The notes under the pieces: generated by a model
Told to the model about the DNA's origin: nothing
What the model saw: only the letters and a program-made list of their open reading frames with translations
The model's database searches: none
In this document: positions 46,591 to 55,407 of the stretch, in pieces
Numbering within the stretch: the first letter of the stretch is position 1
Layout of the letters: each line of letters begins with the position of its first letter
Origin: Sphingomonas sp.
GTDB lineage: Bacteria > Pseudomonadota > Alphaproteobacteria > Sphingomonadales > Sphingomonadaceae
DNA: 64,000 nt
Assembly: GCA_965217805.1 (NCBI GenBank)
Contig: CBDCJJ010000006.1
Location: forward strand, 269,806-333,805
Reading direction: 5' to 3'
Program-made: the position numbers and the translations under genes

Positions 46591-47726
46591 CTTTGATCGC
46601 GTCCCATATCGACGTCGATGACGATCTTGCCTACATGCTTGCCAGAATCGAGCAGCGCGTGGGCGGCCCGGATTTCGGTAAAGTCGAACACATGCTCTAT
46701 TGGCATTTTGATTTTTCCCGATCCGCCAAGATCGACGACAAGTTTTTGTTCAGCATAAAGCGATCCGCGCGACGTGACGACACGCAGTTCCTTCCCAAGC
46801 GCGACCAGCCCTGGAATGGCAACGGTGCCGTCCCAAGCTTCTCCTTGCCAAGCGAGCATGACGATGCGGGCCTGGAAACCGGTGATGGCGAGCGCGAGAT
46901 CCATCATCTCCTGCCCCCCATAATTGTCGAGGACCACGTCCACGCCGCCAAAAGGCGGCGATCCAGCAACCGCTTTTACGCGGTCAATGCCATCTGGTTG
47001 AGTATAATCGACGACGTAGTCCGCGCCAGCTTCCAGCAGCTGCTCAGCTTTACCCGGCGAACGTGAGAGGGCAATGACGGTGCGGGCACCCTTAAGCCGG
47101 GCCAACTGCATCGCGGCGATACCCATGGCGCTCGACGCTGCGGTCACCGCGACGATGGATCCTAGCCCGACTCCGCCGGCGGTCACTCCGTGCAGCGCAT
47201 TGCCATAGGCCCAGGGAATCGTCACAGCTTCGATGTCTGATAGCTCATGCGGCGTCTTCAGCAGCCAGGCAGCGGGCAAGGCGACGTATTCGGCATAGGT
47301 GCCGGGCGCTGCATGACCGGGATAGTCGATGCGCGTGCACAGATTGCCCTTGCCGCGCATGCAGAAGTCGCATTCACCGCAACTTGGGGCACTCGTCAGC
47401 ACAACCCGATCGCCGACGACGAGGCTGTGAACCTCAAGCCCTGCAGCGACGACCACGCCGGCCATCTCGCGGCCTGGCTGGATCGGCAATTCGATAGGAC
47501 TGCGACCTGGAAGCTGCGGCGCGCGTCCCTGCCGCACGCGAGCATCCCAGCCGTTCACCGCTATGGCGCACACGCGTAGGAGAACATCCTTGGGACCGTA
47601 TTGAGGGACCGGCACGCGGTCGGCCTGCAGCACTTCCGGCCCGCCATAACGGTGTAGCCGAAAAGCGCTCATCTGGGCCGGAATAACCGGTGCGGCCTGT
47701 AGGCTTGGATTCGTTGAGGCCGCCAT
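46587..47726 (-). CDS. Zinc-type alcohol dehydrogenase (MDR) family
   Basis: ...PSCGECDFCMRGKGNLC... structural-zinc Cys cluster and a Rossmann region. The start may be the internal MSAFRLH at 47672. Confidence 0.8.
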   Translation of the reverse strand: MAASTNPSLQAAPVIPAQMSAFRLHRYGGPEVLQADRVPVPQYGPKDVLLRVCAIAVNGWDARVRQGRAPQLPGRSPIELPIQPGREMAGVVVAAGLEVHSLVVGDRVVLTSAPSCGECDFCMRGKGNLCTRIDYPGHAAPGTYAEYVALPAAWLLKTPHELSDIEAVTIPWAYGNALHGVTAGGVGLGSIVAVTAASSAMGIAAMQLARLKGARTVIALSRSPGKAEQLLEAGADYVVDYTQPDGIDRVKAVAGSPPFGGVDVVLDNYGGQEMMDLALAITGFQARIVMLAWQGEAWDGTVAIPGLVALGKELRVVTSRGSLYAEQKLVVDLGGSGKIKMPIEHVFDFTEIRAAHALLDSGKHVGKIVIDVDMGRDQR

Positions 47727-47909
47727 TTCAATGTGCTCCGCTCGAACGGTAATTTCGGGTGAATGGCCATGGATACGCCAACAAACGATTGCTCACTGTC
47801 TCGAGCGAAAGAAGCAGATCAGCAGAAGCGAACCAGCGCGGCGGCACCGCTGCGCGAATGATGCTGATAGCGCGCCTTCTTCTCCATCCGCTAGATCGGC
47901 GCTCGCGCA

Positions 47910-49049
47910 TCAAGAGGAGACCTGTCCAGTCATCGCCGTGATTGGTGCGTCCCAGCTTTCAGCGCCGAGGGCGGCGTTGACAGCGGGCATGACCCGTTCG
48001 GCCATCAGTTCCATTGATCGGCGGCTGAGCGCGGGATCGCTCCAGTTCTTGCCGGCATACACCAGTGTCCCGAATGGACCCGTCGTCTCGCGCAGCGCCA
48101 GAACCTGCTCGACGACCTCGTCGACCGTCCCTGCGATGACGCAAGCGTCGAGCGCATAATCGAGCGTCACCGCCTGATCGGAAATGGCAGGATCGGCCTT
48201 GAACATGTCAAGGAGATTAGCGCGCCGAAACTTCTGATGAAACTCGTCGAAATGATGTCGATAGGGGCTTTGCGGATCCTTGTTGGCGTAGCGGCGGGCG
48301 CGGTCGCCGTCCTCGGCGACGAAGATCGAGCGCACGATCCGCCACTGGCGTCGGTCGGCCGCGCGCCCAGCGGCCGCGCAGCCGACCGCATAGTTCGACC
48401 ATTGCTCGGGTAGCCGGCTCGCCGGCAGAGTATCCGATGAAAGCATGGACCAGCCGCGCTCGCCGAAGATTGCGAGACGCTTCGATCGAGCATCCCCCGA
48501 TCCGAACAGGATCGGCGGGTGCGGCTGCTGTAGCGGCTTGGGCACGATTCCCAGTCCAAGCTCCGGCCAAAGAGTCTCTAGAATCGTGATGTCCCAGAAC
48601 GCACCCTTGAGTTCGTAGGGCGGCTCGCCACTCCACAAGTCCAGCACATGAGCGATCGCCTCGTCGAACATCGCTCGACGGTCCTTGCCGAGCAAGCCAA
48701 GCGCTTCCGCGTCGGTCGGGGTGACCCCTGCTCCGATCCCGAACAGAAATCTGCCCTTCAGCAAGTGGTCGACCCATGCGACGTTGGACGCAATCACTAG
48801 TGGATGGCTGAACGGCAAATTGTGCATGCCGGTGCCAAGTTTGATCGTTTTGGTCGTGTCGGCGAGCGAGGCAATGAACAGCAGAGCGTTGGGCACATTC
48901 TCCCGTGCCGCCGACATATGCTCGCCCATAAACCCTTCGATGTAGCCAAGGCGATCCGCCAGGCGGAAGATCATGCGATCCTCCTCGAGCGTGTCCGCCA
49001 TGGCGCGTCCCGGCAGGTGATTGGGCTGCGTAAAAAGACCTAATTCCAT
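47910..49049 (-). CDS. LLM-class flavin-dependent monooxygenase (paralogue of 42346..43449)
   Basis: MELGLFTQP...GEHMSAARENVPNAL...LGTGMHNLPFSHP...LKGRFLFGIGAG. Confidence 0.8.
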   Translation of the reverse strand: MELGLFTQPNHLPGRAMADTLEEDRMIFRLADRLGYIEGFMGEHMSAARENVPNALLFIASLADTTKTIKLGTGMHNLPFSHPLVIASNVAWVDHLLKGRFLFGIGAGVTPTDAEALGLLGKDRRAMFDEAIAHVLDLWSGEPPYELKGAFWDITILETLWPELGLGIVPKPLQQPHPPILFGSGDARSKRLAIFGERGWSMLSSDTLPASRLPEQWSNYAVGCAAAGRAADRRQWRIVRSIFVAEDGDRARRYANKDPQSPYRHHFDEFHQKFRRANLLDMFKADPAISDQAVTLDYALDACVIAGTVDEVVEQVLALRETTGPFGTLVYAGKNWSDPALSRRSMELMAERVMPAVNAALGAESWDAPITAMTGQVSS

Positions 49050-49118
49050 CGGTGACTGTTCCGATCTCCTGAGTCAGTGGCCCCTGGGCATAGTCCGAGT
49101 GTCGAGTAAGGCGCTTTG

Positions 49119-51506
49119 TTAAAAACGGTATCCAAGCCGAACACCATAAGTGCGAGGCGGCGCAAAGGCGCCGCTCAGCAGCGTGCCGGCGAAGCCTGAC
49201 GAGTTGAGCTTTGAGATTGTGCGGGTCGTGCGGTTCGTGACATTACGAACGAAAAGCTGGGCGCGAAAGCCGCTCTGATCCTCATAGGTCAGGAACGCAT
49301 TCCCCTTTGCGAACGAACCCTGCGATGCAGCGATGATATTGGTGGGATCAAAGTAAAAGCGTGATGAATATTCCACCTCACCACGCAAGTTCAGAGCCCC
49401 GCTGCCTAGGTCCGCCTTGTAGGTCGCACCTAGATGGCCCTGCCAGTCCGGCGCATTGCTCAGCCGCTTACCCGTGAAATCGGTCGCTACCGCTGGAAAG
49501 ACGCTGTTGTCCGGTCCGATATAAGTTCCATAACGCGCATGCTGATAGCTGCCATTTGCGTCGAGGGTGAAAGCCGGACTGATCAAAGCGGTTATCTCAG
49601 CTTCACCGCCGTAGATCTTTGCCGTAGCGGCATTTACCGTTATGAGAGTCAGGCCCGCCAATTGCTGAACCTGAAGATCGGCGTACTTGTAATAGAATCC
49701 CGACAGGTTAAATCTTAGCTTGCCGCCAGCCAATGTTGTCTTGATGCCGCCCTCATAATCGGTCAACTTCTCCGGGCTGAACCCGGCCGCAGCGAGGGTG
49801 TTGTCCGCTGCTGCGGCAAAGCCGCCCGATTTAAACCCTTGTGCGTAAGTTGCGTAGAACAACGTGCGCGAATCCAGCTGGTACTGAATGCCAAACTTCG
49901 GGGTGGTCGCGTTAAAGGTCCGCGCTGGCAGCTTAGTCGCGGAGATCAGCGGATCGCTTTCGAAGTCGCCCCGGTAGGCAGTTTGCACATCGACCAAGAA
50001 CTGATTGAACAACTGCTTGCGCTCGCTGCTATAGCGGATGCCAGCCGTCAACGAGAGTTGATCAGTCACGTTGACCGTTGCCTCCGCGAACCCCGCCCCA
50101 GCCTTCACCTCCTGGCGGCCTCCGGTCTCGAACCCACGCGTATATCCGAACGGTACCCCGAAAAGGCCGTTGTCGATGATGATGACGCCGGGATCGGACC
50201 GATCGGTTTCTCTAAAATAATAGCCGCCAATCGTCACATGCACAGTTGAAATGTCGAAATGCGCTTGCAGTTCTTGGCTGAACTGATGCGCGGGCTCGCC
50301 AGAGATATAGGTCAAGCCTGGATCGCCACCCGAAATATTAACGCGGCTGAGCGATTTCTGCTTTCGGTAGCCGGTGATCGACTTCAGGCTGAACGGACCA
50401 TGGTTCCATTCAACAATGCCGGTCGCCGATGAGGTGCGCAAACGAAAGATCGGATCGAGCTGAGTGGCCAGATCGCGTTCCTTGGCCGGCACGACACCGC
50501 CGAGCAGTTGAAAGCTCGGCAGCGGTGCATTGGGACGAGGAGTGCCAAAATAGTACAGACCACCGCTATTATCGTTTTCATTAAAGTACTCACCGATCAC
50601 CGTCGCCGTCAGCATGCTGGTCGGCTTCAGGACGATCGTGCCTCGGACACCTTCCGAAGCATTATCGTCGACGAAGCTCCCGGTCTTGATGTTGCGCCCA
50701 TAGCCCTGGCGTCTTTCCCTGAATCCGGCGATACGCGCCAGGACCGTGTCGCCGACGATGGCGCCGCCGACCGCCCCTTCGGTGCGGATGTCCTGATAAT
50801 TACCGAACGTCACGCTGGCATAGCCTGACCGCTGCGCGGTAGGGCGGACCGTAGTCATATTGATCGCCCCCGCCGTCGCGTTGCGGCCGTACAGCGTTCC
50901 CTGCGGCCCGCGCAGCACTTCCAAGTCGGCGATGTCGTACAGCCCCGCCAGAAACGCAATCGGGCGTGATACATAAACCTCGTTGATGTTGAGCGCAACC
51001 GCGCTTTCCGCCAACGGAGTGAAGTTATTGATGCCAATCCCGCGAATGGCGACATTCGGGTAACCACCGGAATTGCCTATCTTAAGCGCTGGAACGCGTC
51101 CGACCACGTCCTCCAGGGTTCGCACCTGCACCCGCTGCAGCGCTTCCCCGTCCAACGCCGTGATTGCAAGCGGCGTACGTTGCAAGCTGGTTGAGCGTTT
51201 CTGCGCAGTTACAATAATGTCAGCGAGCTGGCCGTCGGTGGATGAGGATTGCGTCAGTTGGGTAGCCTGTGGTTTGTCAGCCGCCGAGTCTTGACTTTGC
51301 GAAGCTATGATTTGGTCCTGCGGCGCCGCCTCCTGGCTCAGCGGTCTCGAGGTGGGACTCTGGGGCGCTGAAGGCTGGCCTCGTTGAGCTGGCACCCGAC
51401 CTATTGCTGAGGTCTGAGCGTGAGCCATGGTCGTTAGGCTGACAATCGACACACTCACCTCCAACGCGATGCGTAGCGGTTGCCTCCCAGCTTGCTTGAC
51501 ACTCAT
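49119..51506 (-). CDS. TonB-dependent receptor
   Basis: Start at ATG 51506 after AGGAGGGG. Plug motif DIIVTAQKR, terminal ...YGVRLGYRF. Confidence 0.9.
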   Translation of the reverse strand: MSVKQAGRQPLRIALEVSVSIVSLTTMAHAQTSAIGRVPAQRGQPSAPQSPTSRPLSQEAAPQDQIIASQSQDSAADKPQATQLTQSSSTDGQLADIIVTAQKRSTSLQRTPLAITALDGEALQRVQVRTLEDVVGRVPALKIGNSGGYPNVAIRGIGINNFTPLAESAVALNINEVYVSRPIAFLAGLYDIADLEVLRGPQGTLYGRNATAGAINMTTVRPTAQRSGYASVTFGNYQDIRTEGAVGGAIVGDTVLARIAGFRERRQGYGRNIKTGSFVDDNASEGVRGTIVLKPTSMLTATVIGEYFNENDNSGGLYYFGTPRPNAPLPSFQLLGGVVPAKERDLATQLDPIFRLRTSSATGIVEWNHGPFSLKSITGYRKQKSLSRVNISGGDPGLTYISGEPAHQFSQELQAHFDISTVHVTIGGYYFRETDRSDPGVIIIDNGLFGVPFGYTRGFETGGRQEVKAGAGFAEATVNVTDQLSLTAGIRYSSERKQLFNQFLVDVQTAYRGDFESDPLISATKLPARTFNATTPKFGIQYQLDSRTLFYATYAQGFKSGGFAAAADNTLAAAGFSPEKLTDYEGGIKTTLAGGKLRFNLSGFYYKYADLQVQQLAGLTLITVNAATAKIYGGEAEITALISPAFTLDANGSYQHARYGTYIGPDNSVFPAVATDFTGKRLSNAPDWQGHLGATYKADLGSGALNLRGEVEYSSRFYFDPTNIIAASQGSFAKGNAFLTYEDQSGFRAQLFVRNVTNRTTRTISKLNSSGFAGTLLSGAFAPPRTYGVRLGYRF

Positions 51507-51591
51507 ATCCCCTCCTATCCCTGCCACCGCTGTCCGATGAGCTAGGTTAACTTACGGGCTTTTAGCTCCTGGTCAAACAGAATCTGCCACA

Positions 51592-51607
51592 ATGGCCCAC
51601 CGTTCAC
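51592..51607 (-). promoter_or_regulatory. Recurrent 16-bp motif, copy 3 (ATGGCCCACCGTTCAC on + strand)
   Basis: Lies 86 bp upstream of the TonB-receptor start at 51506. Confidence 0.5.
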
Positions 51608-51671
51608 CTGCGACTATTTTATTGCCCTTTTGCCTTTCAGCTAGCTGACGCGGGTCATTGCCGGCACCGCG

Positions 51672-52769
51672 TCAAACAGCTCCGCCTCGCGAATTTTGCG
51701 GCTTCGCAAACGAGGGCGGCGCTTTGCGCGACATCATCTGAATGTGTGCCGTCGCAGGCCCGCGGATAGACTGATACCGGTCCAAAGCCGAAGCGAGATC
51801 ATCCCACTGCAACCCTTCGAGAGCCGCCGCTAACGCGCCGGCATCCTGCATCGCCTGGTTCGCACCTTGCCCGTTCATTGGCGACATCGGATGCGCCGCA
51901 TCTCCCAATAACACGATATGTCGGCCCGCCCACTGCGCTATCGGTTCCTTATCATAAAGCGCGTGGGTGGTGATCGGGACGGTTCTGCCCTCGATGAGGC
52001 TCGTGATCGTCGGATGGAAGTCGGTGAACAGCGCCAGGAGATCGTCGGCTGGCATTGATCCCCAAAGTGCCGGCGCTGTGTCCGCTGGGATGGCGGCGTT
52101 GATCGTGACCTCCGATCCGCCACGGATCGGTAACATGATGATGCGCCGATCGACCTCGCCGAGGTCGCCGGCCTGCCAAACGCGGATACGGTCATTGGGC
52201 AGGTCTGGTGACAGCAATGATGCGGGCGCGATGAAACGGTTCGTGACCTGCTTCAGGTAGGTCATCGGCGTCGCGTCGATCAGCGTGCGCACCACCGAGC
52301 GAAGGCCGTCCGCGCCAATCAGCAGCCGCGCGCGGACGCCGCGCCCATTCTCGAACAGCGCCTCGGCATAGTCATCTTTGTCGCGGATCTGAGCAAGCCG
52401 GTGTCCGAGATGGATGCGGTCCGAAGCGGTCCGCGAGACCAGAGCTGTATGGACATCGGCACGATGCGCGCAGTGCGTCTCCCCGCCCTCCATCCCCGCT
52501 GGAGCCGTATGCAAAACGACACCCGTCTTGAGGAGAATTTCCAAGTTTTCGACGCGCGCGAGCTTTGGTTTGAGCTCATCGAGCACGCCCCATTGAGCGA
52601 GAAGCGCTCGGCTCGGCTCGCGCACGACGATGCCGCCGCCAACCTCCTTGAGTTCGGACGCCTGCTCGAAGACGTGAACATCGAGCCCGGCTTGACGCAG
52701 CGCTAGCGCCGCCGCAGCGCCGCCGATACCGCCGCCGATGATGGCGATGTCGACCAGATCGAAGTCCAT
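51672..52769 (-). CDS. FAD-dependent aromatic-ring monooxygenase (salicylate/3-hydroxybenzoate hydroxylase-like)
   Basis: DIAIIGGGIGGAAAALAL (GxGxxG), DG..S, LLGDAAHPMSPMNGQGANQA. Confidence 0.85.
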   Translation of the reverse strand: MDFDLVDIAIIGGGIGGAAAALALRQAGLDVHVFEQASELKEVGGGIVVREPSRALLAQWGVLDELKPKLARVENLEILLKTGVVLHTAPAGMEGGETHCAHRADVHTALVSRTASDRIHLGHRLAQIRDKDDYAEALFENGRGVRARLLIGADGLRSVVRTLIDATPMTYLKQVTNRFIAPASLLSPDLPNDRIRVWQAGDLGEVDRRIIMLPIRGGSEVTINAAIPADTAPALWGSMPADDLLALFTDFHPTITSLIEGRTVPITTHALYDKEPIAQWAGRHIVLLGDAAHPMSPMNGQGANQAMQDAGALAAALEGLQWDDLASALDRYQSIRGPATAHIQMMSRKAPPSFAKPQNSRGGAV

Positions 52770-53177
52770 AGCGCTCTCTACCATAATGTGTTTCCCGGAA
52801 AGATTCGGCATTAGTTGCCAAAGATCGTCAGTACGAAGTTCAACGTGAACGACGCCTCACCATTCGCTGCAGTCTGACAGCCGCGGCGCTCGAGTCAAAC
52901 CGGGAAGTCGTCAGGCCGTCATCTGAGCAGCGATACGGGTCCGTCGAGCCTACCTCTCACGATCTCGCCGCGCCGAGGGCCGCAACAAACATTGCGACGC
53001 ACCAGCATCATTCGGAGGATCACCATGGATGGCTGTGCCGGAACCCCTCACAGTTCGGCAACCCGTCGCCTGTCGCTGCTGGTAGCCGCTGTAGGTGCCG
53101 GGTCCTAACCGCCTTTCCAAGCGCAGACAGATGTTTGGCGAGCAAAAGCGGCGCGCCCTTCGAAATGGCATGGCTTG

Positions 53178-54152
53178 TTAGTCGCGTTCCGCTTTGCTGA
53201 GCCTAGTTGTGGCCTGCGCCGCCGGATTTGTTTCGTCCCAGCCGGTGATCACCATCGTCGTCCGATCATTTGCGACGGCGTAGACGCTCCAGGTCGTCCG
53301 TTCGCTCTTAATGATTGTCTTTCGGACGAGCAGATGCGGATCGATCCACCAGGATGTCGTGGTGGCATCCTCCGCATCTTGGTGCGGCTGCCCGTCCGAC
53401 CGATGATGAATTAACGCAACGGCAGGAGCGAGTGGGTCGACAAAACGCCGTTCGGTCAGCCCGCCCGCCTCGAGCGCGAAGTGAACTTCGCTCTGCAGAT
53501 CTAAAGGATTCTCCACCTCTTCATGCCACCGACCGCTGAAAAGGCTTTCAACGATATGGTCGGTGCCAGAGGTTTGGGCCGAGCGGCCGCAGCTGCCGCC
53601 TCGCAGGACATTTGCAATTCCGTGCCTGTTGAACACGCAGAGGTCTCGAGCGGCTGGCTCGGCATCCGGCCAGGTCGCGACGGCAAGCAGAGTGCCATTC
53701 GTCGATGCCGCACAGATCATCCATTCCCGTCGCTCCGGCGGAGCGACGTTATCAAGCACCAGTCTGACAACGAACCGCGCGTCAAGCCGCCAATGCTGCA
53801 CTAGCTCGCCCAGATAGGCTGGGCCTTGCGGATCCGCCCAGGGCCGACCGTCCAACGTCGAAAAGAAGTCGATCGACGCTGCGTCGGGACTCTCCGGATC
53901 CCTGTCGGCAAATTGCTGAAATCGAACGCCCTGTCCCTCGGGCGTGAACCGCCACCTGCCGAGCGTGCGCCGCATCGGTGGAAGTGCGCCGTAGCGCATT
54001 GGGGCCGCAACGCCGCGGGCCCGTTCGGGCCGGCTGCGACCCAGATCCACCAGCCAAATCCCCATCATGGGGTCATCGGGATTGACGTAAGGATCGACCC
54101 CCGACACCGGCTCTGTCACAAGCCCGCTTGCGGCTTCACCGACCGATTGCAT
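53178..54152 (-). CDS. hypothetical protein, paralogue B of a tandem pair (internally duplicated)
   Basis: Start at ATG 54152 (MQSVGEAASGLVTEPVSGVDPYV...) aligns with the N-terminus of the upstream paralogue. No family recognised. Confidence 0.55.
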   Translation of the reverse strand: MQSVGEAASGLVTEPVSGVDPYVNPDDPMMGIWLVDLGRSRPERARGVAAPMRYGALPPMRRTLGRWRFTPEGQGVRFQQFADRDPESPDAASIDFFSTLDGRPWADPQGPAYLGELVQHWRLDARFVVRLVLDNVAPPERREWMICAASTNGTLLAVATWPDAEPAARDLCVFNRHGIANVLRGGSCGRSAQTSGTDHIVESLFSGRWHEEVENPLDLQSEVHFALEAGGLTERRFVDPLAPAVALIHHRSDGQPHQDAEDATTTSWWIDPHLLVRKTIIKSERTTWSVYAVANDRTTMVITGWDETNPAAQATTRLSKAERD

Positions 54153-54181
54153 GAGCGATCTCTCGTCTAGGCGTATGGAAC

Positions 54182-55267
54182 TCACTGCTTTTCCACCCTG
54201 CTGAACACCTGAATGTCGCGATTCGACGGCGTGGCCTCGTCCCATGATGTGACGGCCATCGTGCCTCCATCGCCTGACCACGCGTAGATCGCCCACTCGC
54301 TGGTCACACCGTGCAGGCGCAGCCGCCGAATCATCAACTCGGGGCCGAGCCTCCAATTCGTGACGGTCTGTTCCGACTCCGACTGCTGCGCAGCGGGATA
54401 GTCGACGCCGTCACAGCGAAAGAAGAGAAATCGGGAGGGAAATGTGTCGCCGGAAGAACCGATGTGCCGCTCGCGAAACCCATCGCCGTCCCGCTCGAAA
54501 CTCAAGTCCGAGTGAATGGATCCACCTTGCGGCTCCATAGCGTCCTGGCCGCGGCGCAGGAACGATGACTTGTTCACGTCGAATGTCCAAGTGGCCAACA
54601 TTGGATCGCCTTTTTCGACGAGGACAGAACCCTCAGACGCTACTCCGCACGTTGGCGCGTCAGTCCCGCGCGAGTCGTAGATAGGTCCGAGATGCTTGGT
54701 GAACACCTGAAGATTATGACGATCGGGATCGGTCGAGTCCCAGCTTGTGCAAGCAAAGGTACGTCCGTCCGTCGACGGTGCCCATACCGCCCATTCCCAG
54801 CGCTCATAAATGGGGCTTGTGTTATCGAGAACCAACCGGACGATGCAGCGCGGATCGAGCCGCCACACCTGCGCAAGCTGCCCCGGCAACAAGGTGGAAT
54901 GCGGATCGGCCCAGGGCACGCCGTCCCACGTCGCGAAATACTGCATCATTGGCGCAGGCGTCGAGTCCGGTCCGTTGCCGAAGAAATAGAACGTCCGCAC
55001 TCCCTCGCCTTCCGGCACGTATGTCCATTTGCCGACACCGATACCGCCTGCGCCCGACGTCGGGCGAACGCCGTTGCGGCGGAGCGGCGTCCAGCCTTCG
55101 GGATCGGGCGGCACTGGCGACGGTCGATCATAATAGCACCGCGACGGATCGATCCACCATTCCCCAATGATGGGATCCGACCAAGACACCCGAGGGTCGA
55201 CGCCGGGGACCCCAGTGACGAGCTCCGTTCCGGGCCGGGAGTTGAGCACGGATGGAAAAGAGGTCAA
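54182..55267 (-). CDS. hypothetical protein, paralogue A of a tandem pair (internally duplicated)
   Basis: 361 aa. The motif W(R)L.P...(V/I)R.......EW..(W/Y)A.S.DG.T.A.TSWD......QVF occurs twice. Confidence 0.55.
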   Translation of the reverse strand: MTSFPSVLNSRPGTELVTGVPGVDPRVSWSDPIIGEWWIDPSRCYYDRPSPVPPDPEGWTPLRRNGVRPTSGAGGIGVGKWTYVPEGEGVRTFYFFGNGPDSTPAPMMQYFATWDGVPWADPHSTLLPGQLAQVWRLDPRCIVRLVLDNTSPIYERWEWAVWAPSTDGRTFACTSWDSTDPDRHNLQVFTKHLGPIYDSRGTDAPTCGVASEGSVLVEKGDPMLATWTFDVNKSSFLRRGQDAMEPQGGSIHSDLSFERDGDGFRERHIGSSGDTFPSRFLFFRCDGVDYPAAQQSESEQTVTNWRLGPELMIRRLRLHGVTSEWAIYAWSGDGGTMAVTSWDEATPSNRDIQVFSRVEKQ

Positions 55268-55407
55268 GGCTTCATCTCCGCTCGATCCATTATCAGCTCG
55301 GTGTCCACACGCGCGAATCTGCGCCGTGGTTCATCAGTCATTCTATTGTCTCCGAAGCGTTTGATGTCTACCCCCGCGAGAACCGGAGAAACGATGGAGG
55401 GAGCGCA

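Noticed and set aside
46575-46592. Conserved MNGGP leader peptide encoded by the recurrent 16-bp motif (ATG AAC GGT GGG CCA ...)
   Set aside because: The reading frames after the motif differ completely in length and sequence at the four sites (MNGGP*, an 18-codon ORF, and so on), and one copy uses GTG. Conservation is at the DNA level only.
52812-53177. 366-bp gap between the unknown paralogue B and the FAD monooxygenase gene, examined for a hidden gene or RNA
   Set aside because: The only ORF (52950-53171) has an Arg-rich, non-family translation, and no tRNA-like or riboswitch-like structure was recognised.
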